From NCBI GenBank assembly GCA_977016875.1, contig CDRNST010000241.1, positions 1,054,001 through 1,118,000 on the forward strand: DNA of 64,000 bases, in the 5' to 3' direction. A program made the translations under genes and the position numbers. This document shows positions 37,716 through 52,700 of this stretch, one piece after another (position 1 is the first letter of the stretch; every line of letters begins with the position of its first letter). Under the pieces are notes generated by a model that searched no databases, had not been told where the DNA came from, and saw only the letters and a program-made list of their open reading frames with translations. This stretch comes from Pavona decussata. Its lineage: Eukaryota.

Positions 37716-40700
37716 AAATGTAAACTATAAATTAAGCTAATAACTGATCGAAGCATGTCTTGTTCCGACATGAAATGTGCTGTCATTTCCTAAAAATTGT
37801 ACGTTGAAATCCAAACGACACAAGTGTACCTGACTTATTAACTTGTAGAATTCAACCGGTTGTCAAGCCGAACTCTTGAAGTGAATTTTATACAATTACT
37901 GTTGCTGTTAACAGGAACTTCAACAGGAAGCAAATTCCCAGCTTGCCGTACTATCAACCGCCGAAGTAGCTGCTGCAACCATTTGCTCTGAGAAGAAGGA
38001 CGACCTTAAAGCCACCAGTGAAGTAAACAGAGGCCTGAGTGAAGTTCAAACGCCAATGTTGGGCGTGTTAGACAAACTTCGAGCGCGTGAACAGGACCTG
38101 AGAAGCGCTTTGGAGCATCTGCAGGCATACAAGTCCCAGCTGGAGCCGGTACAGGAGGTGTTCTCTGCTGTGGAAAGCTCTGTTGAGGCCCAGGCGCCGG
38201 TGGACTTGAACAAGGGTGAAGACGAGCTCGGCAAAGTGGATGTAAGTGAATCTGTACACTCAAGCGTAAAGGGTTAGCTCAAGGAAGCTCAGTAGTTCAG
38301 ATGTCGCGTCCTCTACTTTGAATTTTTGCATCTTTTTCTGCTAAGATCAATGGAACTCGATATGTTGAGCTCATGGAAAGTATGTAGAAGTCTTGTAGAA
38401 CAATATTTTCACCTATCGACATTGAAAAAGAGTAACATACTTCAGGACTGAAGATGATTTTTCATTCTTGAAAGGACATACGTCCGAACATGTCACCATT
38501 TTGCTCGGAGAAAACAAAAATGTAGTCGGACCAGTAGTATTTTTCTTTAATTATGGTGCAAAAGTTCAATTAGGTTATTATATTTATCGGCAAAATGCTA
38601 GTCGTTGTATTAAGGGTGCGTTCGATTGACCCTATTCCGGAATAGGAATACATACGACGATGACAAGAAATCCCTCATAAGAGGTTTTAGGAGTTACTGG
38701 AGTATGAGACAGCTCTTAAATTATCATGTGTCAGTGAAAGTTTGGAGAAAGGTCTTCCCAAATTACCTAAAAAGAGAAATCTAACAGCTATTCCGCTTAA
38801 GGTCAATCGAACGCAACCTAAATCTGTCCAGACACAACGTCCGACCACAGTGAGATTTCATCGGACACGAGCCAATTTTAGTCGGACATTGTCGGATAGC
38901 CGACTGTTATTTGCAACTTTGCACTCTTTTTTACTGAGTGGGATATAAAGTGCTTGTTTTAAAGCCACCTTTTTTTTCCTTCGCTAACAGACTATGATCA
39001 AAGAAATGGAGGAAAGCAATAAACAAGTTCGTCTCATAAGGAAATCCAGTCAAAAGCTACTCCGGGTCATGGACATTCAATCGGAGCCTGGGACCGAGGT
39101 GCAAACGGAAGTGGCCAAAGTCAAGCACAGACAGCGTGACCTCAGTTCCAGTCTCCGGAAGCGCCGATCCAAGGTGGCGAAAAGCCTGCAGATGTATGGA
39201 GAGTTCCTGGAGTTGATAGAACAGGTGGATAAATGGCTCCCCGAGGGAGCAGAACATGTCAAGGCATTGGAGCTTGCGGGCGGTGAACCGGAAGAGATTA
39301 GGAAGGAGTTGGACAAATTACAGGTTCATTTTCCTCTTTTTCTACTTTTTTCTCTTTTAGCGATGATAGCTGCTTGGCAATTTGCGCGTTGTCCTTTTGT
39401 CCCAAGATTTACAAGGCTGAATTTACATCAAGCTGCATAATGGTAGCCTACCAGCAGCGTTTCAGTGATCCAGGGTGTGTACCATTTGAAAGAAAAACGG
39501 ACCTGAGATCACTGTTGAAAAATTGTGAGCTGTTTGTTAAAACAGCAGTCCATCCGAGATTTTCATTCTACGGTGACGCGTGATTGTCCCTAATAGGGTA
39601 CTGGAAACGGAAAATATGGAAGATATGGAATTTCCCGACTTTTTTTACCGTTCCGAACGGAAAAAAGAGGATTAGCTCTTGAGGTACCCCGAAAATTCCG
39701 GATAGAACTGTGGAAAATTTCATGGTCCGTTTCAATTCAAATCGAAAGTTTCGGATTTGTCTGCAATTAGTAAAGAACGCAGCTGTAATAACATATATGG
39801 TAAAAGTTCTGGGCCCAGTTGTTCAAAGCCCGATTAACCTAATCCTGGCTTGACGTGAATTTTGATTCAAATTTAATTATTAATCAATAAACATTTTTCC
39901 GAAAGATTGTTGCTCTTCAGTTTTGACTTAACTTTTCTTTACCTTTAGCTCAAAGTCAGCTTTTAAACGAGCGAGATACAAACCTCGGTTAACTTTAAAT
40001 CGGGGATTAGCGTTAGTCGGCTTTCGAACAACCCGGCCCTGGACTTTAAGAACAGTCAACTAACAACTAATAACTGAGAAATTTTCAACGACAGAATGGT
40101 ATCTCTCAGTTTACTTTAGCATGAATCGCTTTCAAGAAAACTGGCCTAGGTAGGCATCGACACAAAAAGGGGTCCGACTGGAACAAGATCTTTAAGAGAT
40201 TGAACATTTACGATAACAGCAGTATCTATTAAAGTAAAGTACACATAGAGTTGTGCATGCATAACTGTTTACATCATTCGTTGACCAAAGGTTTTGTTGT
40301 CACCTACAGGATGTGAGAGAGGAAGTGCAACAGAACGTAGCATCACTGGAGAATGCCAAGAGTTTAGCTGATAAAATCAAGGAACTCAGCAGTGAAGATC
40401 CATCCATCGACAAGGACCTTGATGAACAGGTCGAAAAAGTTGAGACACCGTTGAATGAGCTGGTCTCTGCTCTAAACGCGCGGCAGTCCGAGCTACAGAC
40501 TGCACTGCTGCAGAGTCAGGAGCTAAGGGAGTCTGTGGATGAACTTAGTAGCTGGCTGACGGCTGCTGAGAATCTGCTGAACATACAGGGACCCCTGTCT
40601 GCCAGGCACAAGGTGATAGTTGATCAACAGGACAAGCTGCAGGTTAGTTACCTTTTAATGCGATCATCTCGTTATTACTACTTAACAGTTTCTGGCTAGG

Positions 40701-43700
40701 ACAAAAGGTCATGCATTTCCTTATCTACCGCTCAACCCTTAAAGCCTCAGTAGTGACCTGCACCTCATTCATTACATCAAACGTACATGCCTTGAAAAAA
40801 TAAAAAAGGTAATTTCGACCATCGATGAAATGCCTTGATGGTTAACAAATTCTCTCAATAGGCAGCGTAAGAAATAGATGGAGATCGGTTAGGAGAATTT
40901 GCACGTTGATAATGGGGCTCCTTCATCTCACTTGTTTGCGGCTTGAAATTTATTTCGGTCGTAGCACGTAGTTGACTCGGGCGTCCTCTGAATTAAATAT
41001 GCTTCAATCGAAAATTAAACATAGGCGTAGAAAACGCCGATCTTGTTTGACAATTGTTTGCTCTGTTATGGTTGTTTGACGACTGAAGGGAAGATTTCCC
41101 AAGTCAGGCTCGTTTTATACTGAGGCTTTCTGTTTAAGATTGTAAAGGAGTAACTGGCTTGAAAACGTCGGAATAAACAGTGAAGCGCAACTATTTTTCA
41201 CTATTTCTAATGGAGATCATTTTGTTACTGCTTATATAGGACGATTTTTAATGTGACTTTTTTTGCACGATTTTAGAACAGTTGAAACGCGCGGCGTGTT
41301 CACATTTCAAGAGAAAAAATGCATCGGAAAGTCGTCGCAGAAGACGTAGTCTCATGACAAACCTAATGCGCTCATTTGTGGTTTAATGTCATGTCCTTAT
41401 GGCTATTGTCTCTGTAGGTACTTGAAAAAGATTTTGATCAGCACAAGCCAATCCACGAACACGTCCTGCAAAAAGGAGAAGATCTGCTAGAAACCATGAA
41501 ACCGGGGCGAGAGAAGGACAAATTAGAACAAAGGCTCAAAGACTTGGATACACGATGGAGCGAACTCTCTGATAAGATCAAGGAGCGCAGCGAGAAACTT
41601 CAAGAAGTAGAACCTTCTGCCAGCAAATATCTTGACTGCTCGGAACCTTTCACTACCTGGCTTTCTGAATCAGAGGAGCGGTTAAAAGATTGCGAGAAGA
41701 TCCCGGAAGATGAAGAGAGCGCCGCCCAACAACTTGAGCTATTGGAGGTGGGTTTGCTGGCCGATTTTATTATAGCTCCACAACGTTCTTAGCGTAAACG
41801 TCTCAAGTTTGTACGTAAAGGTATATAGCGGTGTTAAAGTGTGGGACACTGCCAGTTGAACGTTAACGTTTCGTTAACTTTTGGGGAACATGCTGCTTAG
41901 ACATTTTGCCGGTAGAAATTTACATAAAATAGCATGACGTTTCGACGACTATGCTGTTTTATTATCGTTAATTTTCTTGAAGAAATTTACATCTTAAATC
42001 TTTTCTTAAATATGATGAAGTAAATTGTATTTATCAAACCTTTCTTGTTTTCTTTTTGTTTTTGTAATTTTATCTGTTTATTTGTGGGCTTCCTGTAAAG
42101 TAGCTTTTAGCTAAGTGGAGTGCCACGTAAAATAAAGTTCTTATCTTGTCTTTTTTTTCTGTCCTTATAAAAGCAGATTTTCTGTTTCCTAAAAAAAAAG
42201 AAAGACGTTTTATTTTCTACACTGCCAGATTGGCTCCTCTGCAAAGTAAATCAAAGCGACCTCTCTGCGTTAATATGGATAAATGAGCGTGGTGGTCTTT
42301 ACTCTTGAGCGCATCACTTCGTCATTTACTCGAGCGCTTTCATGAAATCCACCAGAAACCTCGCTAATTTTGACATAATTTAACTTATTCATGTTGTTGT
42401 GTACAGACTCTTCAGCACGAGATTCTCCTACACAATCCTGAGCATGATACATTCCAAGACACTTCTACTCACCACACAGACCTGTGTAGCGGCAAGGACG
42501 TAACAGCTGACTTGTCCGTGTTGGAGGAAGAGGTGGCTTCTGTAGACAAACGCTGGGAAGAGTTGTGTGCTAAGGTTAGTGACCGCCTGCAGACGCTGGA
42601 AAATGTCCAGGAAGAGATCTATCGCTACCAAGTTGTCCTGCGCGTGACAGAGAAAACGCTCACTGAGATCGAGCAGGTTGTGTCTTTTGAGTACGAGTTG
42701 GTTTTGCATCCGAAGAAGGCCAAGCAAGATCTTGCTGAGGTTAAGGTGGGTGTATTTTTGAGGTCAGGGTTCAGAGCTGACCAGTTAAAAAGAATATCCA
42801 TATTGGTAATATTTTTTATGGTTAACTTTTACTGGTAGCCATTTAACCTAAAAAAAAGACATTTTTTTTTGCCTTTTCGCCTGTTTATCCACTTTGTTAC
42901 TCATTAAAAAAGAAAACCTTCACACAGCGGCAACTAAATAGCCTTTGTTAAGAGGTTCGGTTGTGTGATTACTCACAAAAGTTAAGGTGGGAGAGTTGGT
43001 TATAGCCAGTGATTCAACGGTTAGAAAATTGGACGTATTATTTTCTGTGGGATTCGAAATTGCCTTTTTCTTCGAAAATTTGCAGAATTAAAGGTAATTT
43101 CTGCTTAAGGCGAAACGAATGAAGGATAAAATGAATAAGGTAATGATTTACTCAAAATATTTTACATTACACTGAAATTAAAGTTGCATTGTTAGTGTGA
43201 ATTTTTATGGTATAATGGCTCGTATGCCATGGGCGCTAAGCCAATCAAATCCCTGGTATTGCATTATACAATGATTCGATTTTTAATAATGATAAGTATT
43301 GGTCCTTCATTTCAGAATTTCATTTCATTTCAGAAATACATCGTTCTCCTGAACAACCGGAGACCTGACCTGAAAGAGCTTGAAAAATACGGAAAGGAGC
43401 TCACAGAGAAGACAGGCTCACCTGAATGGCAGGAAAAAGCTGCTGCGGTCCACCTTAAGTTCAATGCACTAGAAACTAAGCTGCACGAGAGAGAAGATCT
43501 CATGGACAAAGTTGTTGAGTACATTGTGGTGTACACTACAAGCACAGGACACGTTGAACGCGTCATTCCCAAGGTCAAGGAGGAGATGTCCAATCAAGCA
43601 CCCATCAGCACCGAGCCAGAGGAGATACAGGAGCAGCTGCAGGAAGCAGAGAAGCTGCAGTCGAGTCTTGTTGATGATCGGTTCTCCCTCGACAGGGCTC

Positions 43701-46700
43701 AGGAGGCAGCCAATTGGCTGGATGCTAACTGTGATTGTGAACCTGAGCAGGGAGAGAGGTTAAAAGCCAGGGTGCGAGTGGCAAAAGAAGTGCTAGACGA
43801 GTTGATAGCTGTCAACAGCGAGCGACTGAATGCCCTAAAAACTGCACTGATGCAGTCCAAGGAGTTTAACTCCGCGTCCAATGATTTTATCATCTGGTTG
43901 AACACTGTGGAGGACAGGCTGTCCTCTCAGCCTGCTGTGACGTCAGATACAGACTCCATCCGGGAACTCAAGAAGGATCACGTGGTAAGCTTTGAGAACA
44001 GTGTTCAATGGTAAACTCGAATTTATAGCCTTTTCTACCTCGCTTGTTTGACAACATCATGGTGCGGGATCAAGCTCGGAAAAATTACTGCATTTTATAG
44101 TTGGAGATTTTAGGTGAATTTTTTCCCCGGCCAAAATTAACTTCCATTCATAGAGCTCAAGATGGTTCGGAAGAGTTTTGAATTTCTTTGGATACCCAAA
44201 ACTTACTTAGATCTAAGAAATGTGTTTTGAGTTTTTTCCAGTATTTATATGTTAAAATAGTTTCAAAGTTTACGTTCGCTTTTGAGGACGGTACCTCTGT
44301 GAACTCTGAATTTTCTTAAAGATGGTGTGCCTCTTTATCAAAAGGTATTTTTGCCCTTTTTTGACTGCGGGAAAAGAAGAACTTAGCAAGGGCTATTTAT
44401 TGAAATCCAAAAAGAAAACTTGGGGTTACCACGGCTTCTCCAGAAATAATTAAGCTTCAATTTCGAAAAAAATGCCATACATTGCTCTGTATTTTTAAGC
44501 TTTTTGGAATTGCTGTTGCTTAATTATCTCTGAAAAATGCGTGTTTATCCCCAATTTTCTTTCTGGATTTTAAAGGGGAAGTATTATGGGGCTTTTGACC
44601 TTTTATTGAGGAAATGGTGCGACAACACCTTCAGTTAGTTACCAAATAATTCTGGAACATCAAGAAAAAGAAATCAACTGAATTCTTCAAAGGAAAAACT
44701 CGTGACCTGCTCTAGTGCATTTTGGGAACGAAAACGGGAGAACTTGAAAACAATTAGCCCAATGTTTTCAAGTTGCAGTCCATTTAACCCAGTCCATCTG
44801 CGGCCAGAGACACTCATCAGTTGTCTTAGTACACTGGGGTGATAATTTACAAAAAATTTGAGCAACACTTTTTTAGATTTCTGTTGATAACAAAACGTTT
44901 TGGAGCTTTTGATACATGACCAAATTCCGTGATACTTCCCTTTAATAGTCCTTGCTAAGATCTGCTTCTCCCGTATAGTCGTAAACTGTGTAAAAATACC
45001 TCTGCTTTATGAGGCACCGTTATTGTTAAACAGTTGTCCCCTGTAGTTTAAGTTTAATGTTTTATTATTATTATTTTCCTCAGCCTGTCTCTGAAGACGT
45101 CCAACAGCATGAGCCTATGCTAATTGCCATTAAAAAGTCAGCGGATGAAGTCCTTCAGTCGGCAGAGCCCGGGAAAGAGCGCGACAGGGTGGAACAGAAA
45201 ATGGCGCGAATCCAAAGCAGGTGGGACACAGTGCAAAAGAATGCCTCTGACCGCAAATCACTGCTGGAGCAGATTGAGCCTGTGGCGCATGAATATGGGG
45301 AAAGCCTACAGAACATTTTGTCTTGGCTCTCTGCCGCTGAAAAGAACACAGCTATCTTGAAGTATGTTCCTTGCGATAGAAAAGGTCCTCAGAAGTACGA
45401 AGAACTTCTCAAAGAGATGGAAAGCAAGCTTGATCAGCAGCAGAGCTCTCTCGGCGAGTTAGATCAGCTTGCACGCTCTCTTTTGGAATTCCACCCGGAA
45501 GACGCTAATATCGTGAATTCGCAAGTTCAAGACGTGAAAAATCGCTTTGCTGCGCTTGAGAATATTCTGAAGGAGAAGGCGAGCAACTTGGAGAAAATTA
45601 AACAGCTCTTGGAAAACTTCACGTACCGAGTTCACGCGGTGGAGGAGTTGGTTGTACAAGGTGAGTGGTGTTAAGGTTAATGTCGACCGTATAGTTACCA
45701 AATGTTAAATACATGTTCAAATGGTTGAAAAGAGAAGTAAAAGGAAGAAGAATTGATGCGCAGGAAGATTAACACTCGGAAAGAATGACAGAATCTTATA
45801 TTAGCATGACCAGATTATTTGGATGTTCCAATAGTTTCTGTGGCGACGGTTTAGTTCCATTAAAAAATGTAAGCTTCCTGAGACTTTGCTAACGATTACC
45901 ACGTCCACTTAATGAAGGTGACCGGTAATGTATGCCATCACTCCATAATTTACGGGAGAATTTTAGGGGCAGTTTTTATGAACATGGATGACGAACAGGG
46001 CTGACCGTAATTTATTTATTTATTCGTATATTCAAGGTATGGTTCTGTGCGCCTACAAAACATCGTTCATGGACGCCGATAAAATTTCCCAGGAACTAGA
46101 GATGATAACGGAAATACTGGACGCTTTCGCTGAACAAGAAGAAGAGCTGGAAATGATTCAAAGTGTTGCAATGGATCTGCTTGATATTCTGGAGGACGAT
46201 GCACCCGACTCCGCGAACATCAGAAACCAAGTAGAAACCTTAAACACGCGATTCCGTGTAACAAGAGATCACTTGGAGAAACGAAAAGCACATTTGGACA
46301 AACACAATCAGCATCTCGTGCCCTTCAGGTACTGTATTGAGGCAGTAGATTACATGCAGTCTCTTACGTCTCTCACTAAACACACAAGAGTGCGCAAAAA
46401 AAAAGAAATTGCTTCCGCGCGAAATCTCGACGCGAGGCGATGATTGTCGCCTGGTACTCTCTTCGAGAAAAAAAAGGGTTTTTTTTTCCATGCTTAAAAT
46501 TGAATAGGGCCTCACATTACGTTAAAGTTTGGTATCTAGTCACAATGAACGAAAAGTTGTTACAATTTATTATACAAAGACAATAAACAAATAAATAAGA
46601 AAAAATAGTTAGCTATCATGCAAGGTTCTTTTGATTGTATTCAGTCGCAAGTTCGAGCAGTTTCACTTCTTCCCTGTACCACCGTTAATAAACGTGGTTA

Positions 46701-49700
46701 TACAAGAAGGCTGAAGGGAGAAACAAATCCCATATTCCAACGCAAGATCTTTCAAAATACTATCTCCTAACTGTAATGTTTGTAAAATCCACTCCTAGTA
46801 GGGTTTCCTCACAGCGGACAATCAGTTCAAAAACGTAGGCGAATCGTAGTTACCCCCTTAGGAACCTCTTGCAACCTGCATGGTTGTGTGATATAATCTC
46901 CCTCGTAACGTTTTTTTCTTTTGCATTATTTATTCAGGGAAAACATTCACGAGCTTGAAGTCTGGTTTCAAACTATTAATGAGGTTGTAGAGAGGTTAGA
47001 ACCAATCAGCACTGACCCAGAAAAACTCAAACAGCAGTTCGAGGAAACTGAGAAGTTACAGGATGAAATACAAGAGAAGGTACACCTTTTGCGAAGCGCT
47101 CAAACGGAGGGCGAATGGATGATGGAACACAGTAAGGAGGATGAAGACATGGTGATTGAGGTAGTGACTATCTTAAGCGGCTGCCAGGCCAAGATAGATC
47201 GATTAGCAGCTAAAGTGGATCAGCGACATTCTCGCCTTCAAAGCGCAGTCATCGACAGCCAGAATGTTGAGGTTACTTTCGCGGAGTTTATCGACGACTT
47301 GAGCAGAATCGAAGAGCAGCTTGCCGGCATGCGTCCAGTGTCTGTGGTGAAAGATACACTGAAGGAACAGGAGAGGCAATTTGAGGTATATTTCTCTTTA
47401 TGATAGCCTTTTAGAGGTTTAAGTCACGCTATGTTCCGTGATTTTGTCTCGCTGTTTAGCGCCATTTGTTACACTTTACCACGCTTTTCACGGATTCACG
47501 CAACTTTCCTAGTTGGCTTAAGACCTAAGTCTTATATGAGCCTCAAAATAACGGTTTAAAGTGGTAGAAAAACAAGCAAAAACAAGACAAAGGATCTCTC
47601 TGGGAATTAAAATTACATTCAAATGTTTCTTGGTGTTGCAACTTGCAGTTAGAAGTCAGCTTTGGATTGAACAGTTTCAGCGATTGTTCCACGAGTCTCT
47701 GTTTAGGCGTAGTCATGCAAGGCTCATTCACCTTAATCGACTTTTTGAGCTAGCAGGGAATTTGGTACCATTGATTGCTTGAAATTGTTCTTCATATTTA
47801 TGTTTTAGGTTATGAAAGACGATGTCAATGACTTGGACAAGCTTTCTGACGAGCTTATTTCTCGAGTGGAAAGCGTCTTGGCGAACGCTGAACCTGGCCC
47901 GGACCGCAGCGCGTTTGAAACGCGTTTCGAAGATATGAAAGCTAAGTGGGTAGATGTGAAAGAGAGAGTTGATGAGCGACAGACTGAAATTGACGAGCAA
48001 GCTCCGAAGCTATACAACTACCATGAGAAGGTAGAAGACTTTGTTACGTGGCTAACTGACTTGGAAAGCAAACTTTCTTCGTTGAGTCCCGTCTCGTGCG
48101 AGACGAAAATGATCGCTAAACAGCTCGAGAAGGTCGAGGCATTGGATAAAGATTTCAACGACCATAAACCCGACTACGAGGCCGTGAAAGAGATCGCTGT
48201 GGAGGTTATCAATAGCGAGCCGGATGATGTGTACCTTGTAGAAGCCCAATTGCAGTACATTACCAAGTTGTGGGAGAGTGTTGCATTGCGTTTGAAGGAC
48301 AGACTGGATCACGTCAACAATGTCAAGGAGATTGCCGCTGAGTATCAGAAGGCTCAGAGACCGGTTCGTGCTTTGTACGCATGGGCGGAAGACGCTGTTG
48401 TTCCGGTGGAGACGATTGGATCAGACATCGACAAAGCCAAGCAGGAACTCAACAACACTAAGGTAACTGACTCAAAACAACTCAACAAAATCTCGCCATT
48501 GAACAGCAGTTGTAGTTTTCACTTGAGTGGCCACACTTAGGAAATTTTGCCACAGACTCAAATGTTAGAAACATAAAAATAATGCAAGGTTTGGCATTGT
48601 GTTTGAAAGAGCCAACTTTCTGAATTTTGACCTTTGTTTTTATTTTGGCAATTCAAAAGGTTTTTCAACGCCTATCCTATACCTCGTCGTATTATAAGGC
48701 GAGGCATAATTTCTCACTTGATACACCCTATTGATGTTCCATTTATCAACTTGACCCTAACAGTACGTTCTTCTCTCCAAACAATTTCCAGGCATTACTC
48801 AACTTGATGGCATCTCGGGAAGCGGACATGAAGCAGGCTGTGAAACTCGGCCAGAATCTTGTGCTGAATGCAGACTCGTCTTCGCCGGAAGTATCGTCAC
48901 TGAGGCAGGAAGTCAAAGAAATACCCGACAGGTTTGACGAGCTTAAGAACCAGCTGACCGAACAACAGGCTGAACTGGAGAAGATTATCCGGGACAGCAC
49001 GGTATTCCAACATAACATCCAGGAACTTGAGTTGTGGGTGACGGAAGTGTCAGAGAGCACGGCAATGCAAGAGCCTATTAGCACCAATCCCAAGGTGGTA
49101 CACAAAAGACTGGAACGTACAGAGGTTAGTGACACATGGCCCTTAGAACAGTTTGGGTTTCTGGTTTCAATTACATATACGGTTTTTAATTTTTTTTCGT
49201 CATGTCAACTACCGTACGAATGTAGTAACCATTTATTGGTTTTAACGTTGACACAGTTGTTCTTCACGTAATTTTCACTGTTGTTAAACTCATCGGCAGA
49301 GATGAGCTTGGGGTAAGTTTGCCGGGTGGAAAGTACGCAGCAGGTAGAATCCAAATAGGCGCTTGGAGGTAACCATGGCAACGTAATCACCCCCCCCCCC
49401 CCCGCCAAACCCTCTTTATTGTTTTGTTTTATTTTTTATTTTTTTACTTGTTCACTCCTTCGTTGAGTTCGTCCGCATGTTGGACGCCCAGGCCAACGCG
49501 TTCCATTACGATGGCACTTGTATATGTAACTTGTTCATTTTGCTCTACACAACGTCTCGCTAGAGGCAGAACGTATGCTGCTTATCTTTCCACCCTGGTA
49601 CATGAGGCAATGGGTACAGATCTTCTGTTTCGCGTGAACCATCCTTCCGTTAGAAAGCAATCGGCTTCATCAGAGACAGGTGCCTCCTCAAGAGAGCATT

Positions 49701-52700
49701 TTCAACCCTCACCCCCCCCCCACTCCAGTTTAACCTAAGGTGGAAAAGGGAAACCTTCAGAAGCTAACAACCATGATTCTAACTCAGAAGTCTCATAACT
49801 TGACGAAACGTGAAATTGATCAGTTTATCAGCAATCAATTTGCGTAATGAGGAGTTCCCTGCTCTGTTCACCACAAACTCTTTTTCTCAAGTGGTGAGCA
49901 GGAATATTTAAAAAAAATTGCATTTTCTGCTCGCTTTTCTATCGATCATGTCAAAGTTTTTTTTTTTTAAAAAAATACAATTTGATGACAATGTTCAGCA
50001 CTTGGCAATGCGTTTTGCATTCAATAGTTCTGTCAATTGCCTCGTGACAAACTTTTAAACTCTGAGTTTGCACGGCTCTGGGGCTATGATTGAGACTGTC
50101 ACGGAATAATACTTAATGTATTGTTGTTTCTAAATTGATTTAAAAAAGAGCCGTAAAAGTGTGTGGTTGATAACAAATGTTTACTTAATGATCACATTGT
50201 GAAAATGCCTTTAGACTTGAACGATATCACATGAAAAACATTGTGCTCAAATTATAAACAGATCGTAATCGAGCCATCGGCAAACTTTTTGCACCTTTTC
50301 ACGAGTATTTCAGTTTTAAGTGTACTGAAATAAACGATTTAGGAACTACACTTACATCTTGACTGGCTCTCTCTTTACTAGGCTTTGCAGAATGAGATTG
50401 CCAAGCAAAGAGCAGCTCTGGACCGGACAAATGACCTCGGCAAAGTCATTATCGAGAACAGCAACGAAAATCCTCTTGTAGTGGCTGATGTCCAAGGGAA
50501 ACTCACTAAGGTACGCGTTCAGTTGGATCACCTGGACGCCAGAATCGAACAACGTCACGCTATTTTACAGAACATCCTTTTGCAGATTCAGGTGTATGAT
50601 GTGATGTTTGATGACTTTGTCACCAAGCTGGCTGAAATGGAGGATGAAGTTGCTAACTTCAGACCAATTTCTGCCGTCCTTGAAATTGTAAGTGAACAAA
50701 AGGAACACATCCAGCACAGCGTCAGTGAGAACATTGCCCGGAAACAACCCGTGTTCGAAAAGATCTTGGAAGACGGGCTCAGCATGGTGGAAAGAATGGA
50801 ACCTGGTAGCGAGAAAGACGAACAACTGGAGAAACTGGAGCAGATGAAGTCACGGTGGAATGATGTCAAGGAGAAAACAGCTGAACTGCAGAGCCGAGTG
50901 GAAGAGGTGCACGAGGCGTCACAAAAGTACGATCAGCGAGCGGCAGCCTTCAAGGATTGGCTACAGGATGCAGAGAAGAAAGCAAGCAAGATCTATCCAG
51001 TATCGTGCGATGAGAATGAGTTGAATGAAAGTCTCAAGGAACTGGAAGCAATCACCTCTGAGATCGAGTCTCACAAAAACGACTTTGATGAACTGAACGA
51101 GTCAGGTAGCACTCTTACCAACTTATGCCAAGCTGATGGTGATGTCATCAAAGCAGATTTTAACGAGATTAAGAGTCGATGGGACGCCCTGCAAGCTGCT
51201 GTTCTTGACAAAAAAGCCAAGGTACAGGAAGCCAAGGAAGCTATCGAGAAGTACCAGAGTGCATTGCGGCCTGTACAAGAAGCTTTCACTCAGGCAGAGT
51301 ATGCTCTCGCATCCAACGAACCCGCGGGAACCGATGCTGATAAACTGCGAGTAGAGTTAGAACAGATAAAGGCCTTGGTGTCAACTCTAGATGAGAGGAA
51401 AGGAGACATCAAGCAGTTGAATCAGTCTGGACAGCAGCTTCTTCAACAAGCTGAAGATGACGCTCCTTCCTCGCTGAGCGTTAAGGAACAACTAAACAAC
51501 ACGAACAATAAGTCTAAAGACCTGCCTATCAGGCTTAGCGACAGACAGAAGGAACTTGAGAAAGCACTAGAGAATACAGTCAAGTTCAATTCCCTGCTTG
51601 AGGAAATTGAACAGTGGGTTCCAGAAACTGTCGAAGCTGTTGATGCTCTAGAACCAGTGAGCTCAGAACCAGAGAAACTCCAAGAGCAGATCCGTGAGAC
51701 AGATAAACTGCAGGAGGAGGTGAAAAGGTACCTAGTGCGCGTGTGTGCAGTGGAGGAGACAGGCCAACGCTTGATAGAAGACAGCATGCAAAATCCAGAT
51801 GCTGTGTCAGACATTCAGAACAAGATCGAAAAAACTCGCCAGCCAGTCAATCAGCTTAATGCCAAGCTGGAACAAAGGAGTCTAAGACTACATAACGCCG
51901 TGTTACAATCACAAGAATTCCATGACGCTCACGAAGATTTCGCGGCTCGTTTAGGAAGCCTCTATGAAACGCTGCAAAGTCAAGAGCCTGTGTCTCCAGA
52001 CTTCCCCATAACAAGACGCCAGAAGGACGAGTCAGACGACTTGAGTGACTCCATTGCTCAGATGCAACCTGCGTTCGATAAATTGCTGGCGGCGGGGGAA
52101 AAGGTTCTAGAAGCCACGGATCCTGGAGAAGACAGAGAAAACTTGCTGCAGAAGTTGGACGACTTGAAAGAAACGTGGGACGCTTTGAAGAATGGAGCAA
52201 CCGATCGAGAGAATAGTGTAGCGTTAGTAATCCCCGATGCCAAGTCGTTCCACAGCGGAATGCAAGGATTTGACTCGTGGCTTACAGACACTGAGAGGAA
52301 ACTTGCGTCGGTAAACACCGAATCGGTAAACCCCGAAGAGCTAAGCCAGCAGGAAAAGGTATTAGAGGATCTTAAAGAAGCTATAGAGGGTCACAGGCCG
52401 GATCACCAGTCTCTGAACAGCACTGCTGAGTCTCTGAAGGACAAGTGCAAGGATAACAGTTACTTCGTGGAAGTTCAAATTAAAGATGTAAATCGGCGAT
52501 GGGAGGAATTGCTAAAAGACATCGAAGCAAAAGAAGCTGAGTTACAAACTGCAAAGGACAATTTGGATGGGTATCTTGATGCTCTCGGCATTGTGGAAGA
52601 GGAAGTACAGAAGGCTGAATCAACGCTAGAATGTCAAGAACCAACTGATCTCGACGTCTCGAAGCGCAAGAAAGAACTTGCAAGAGTTCAGCAAGTTGTT

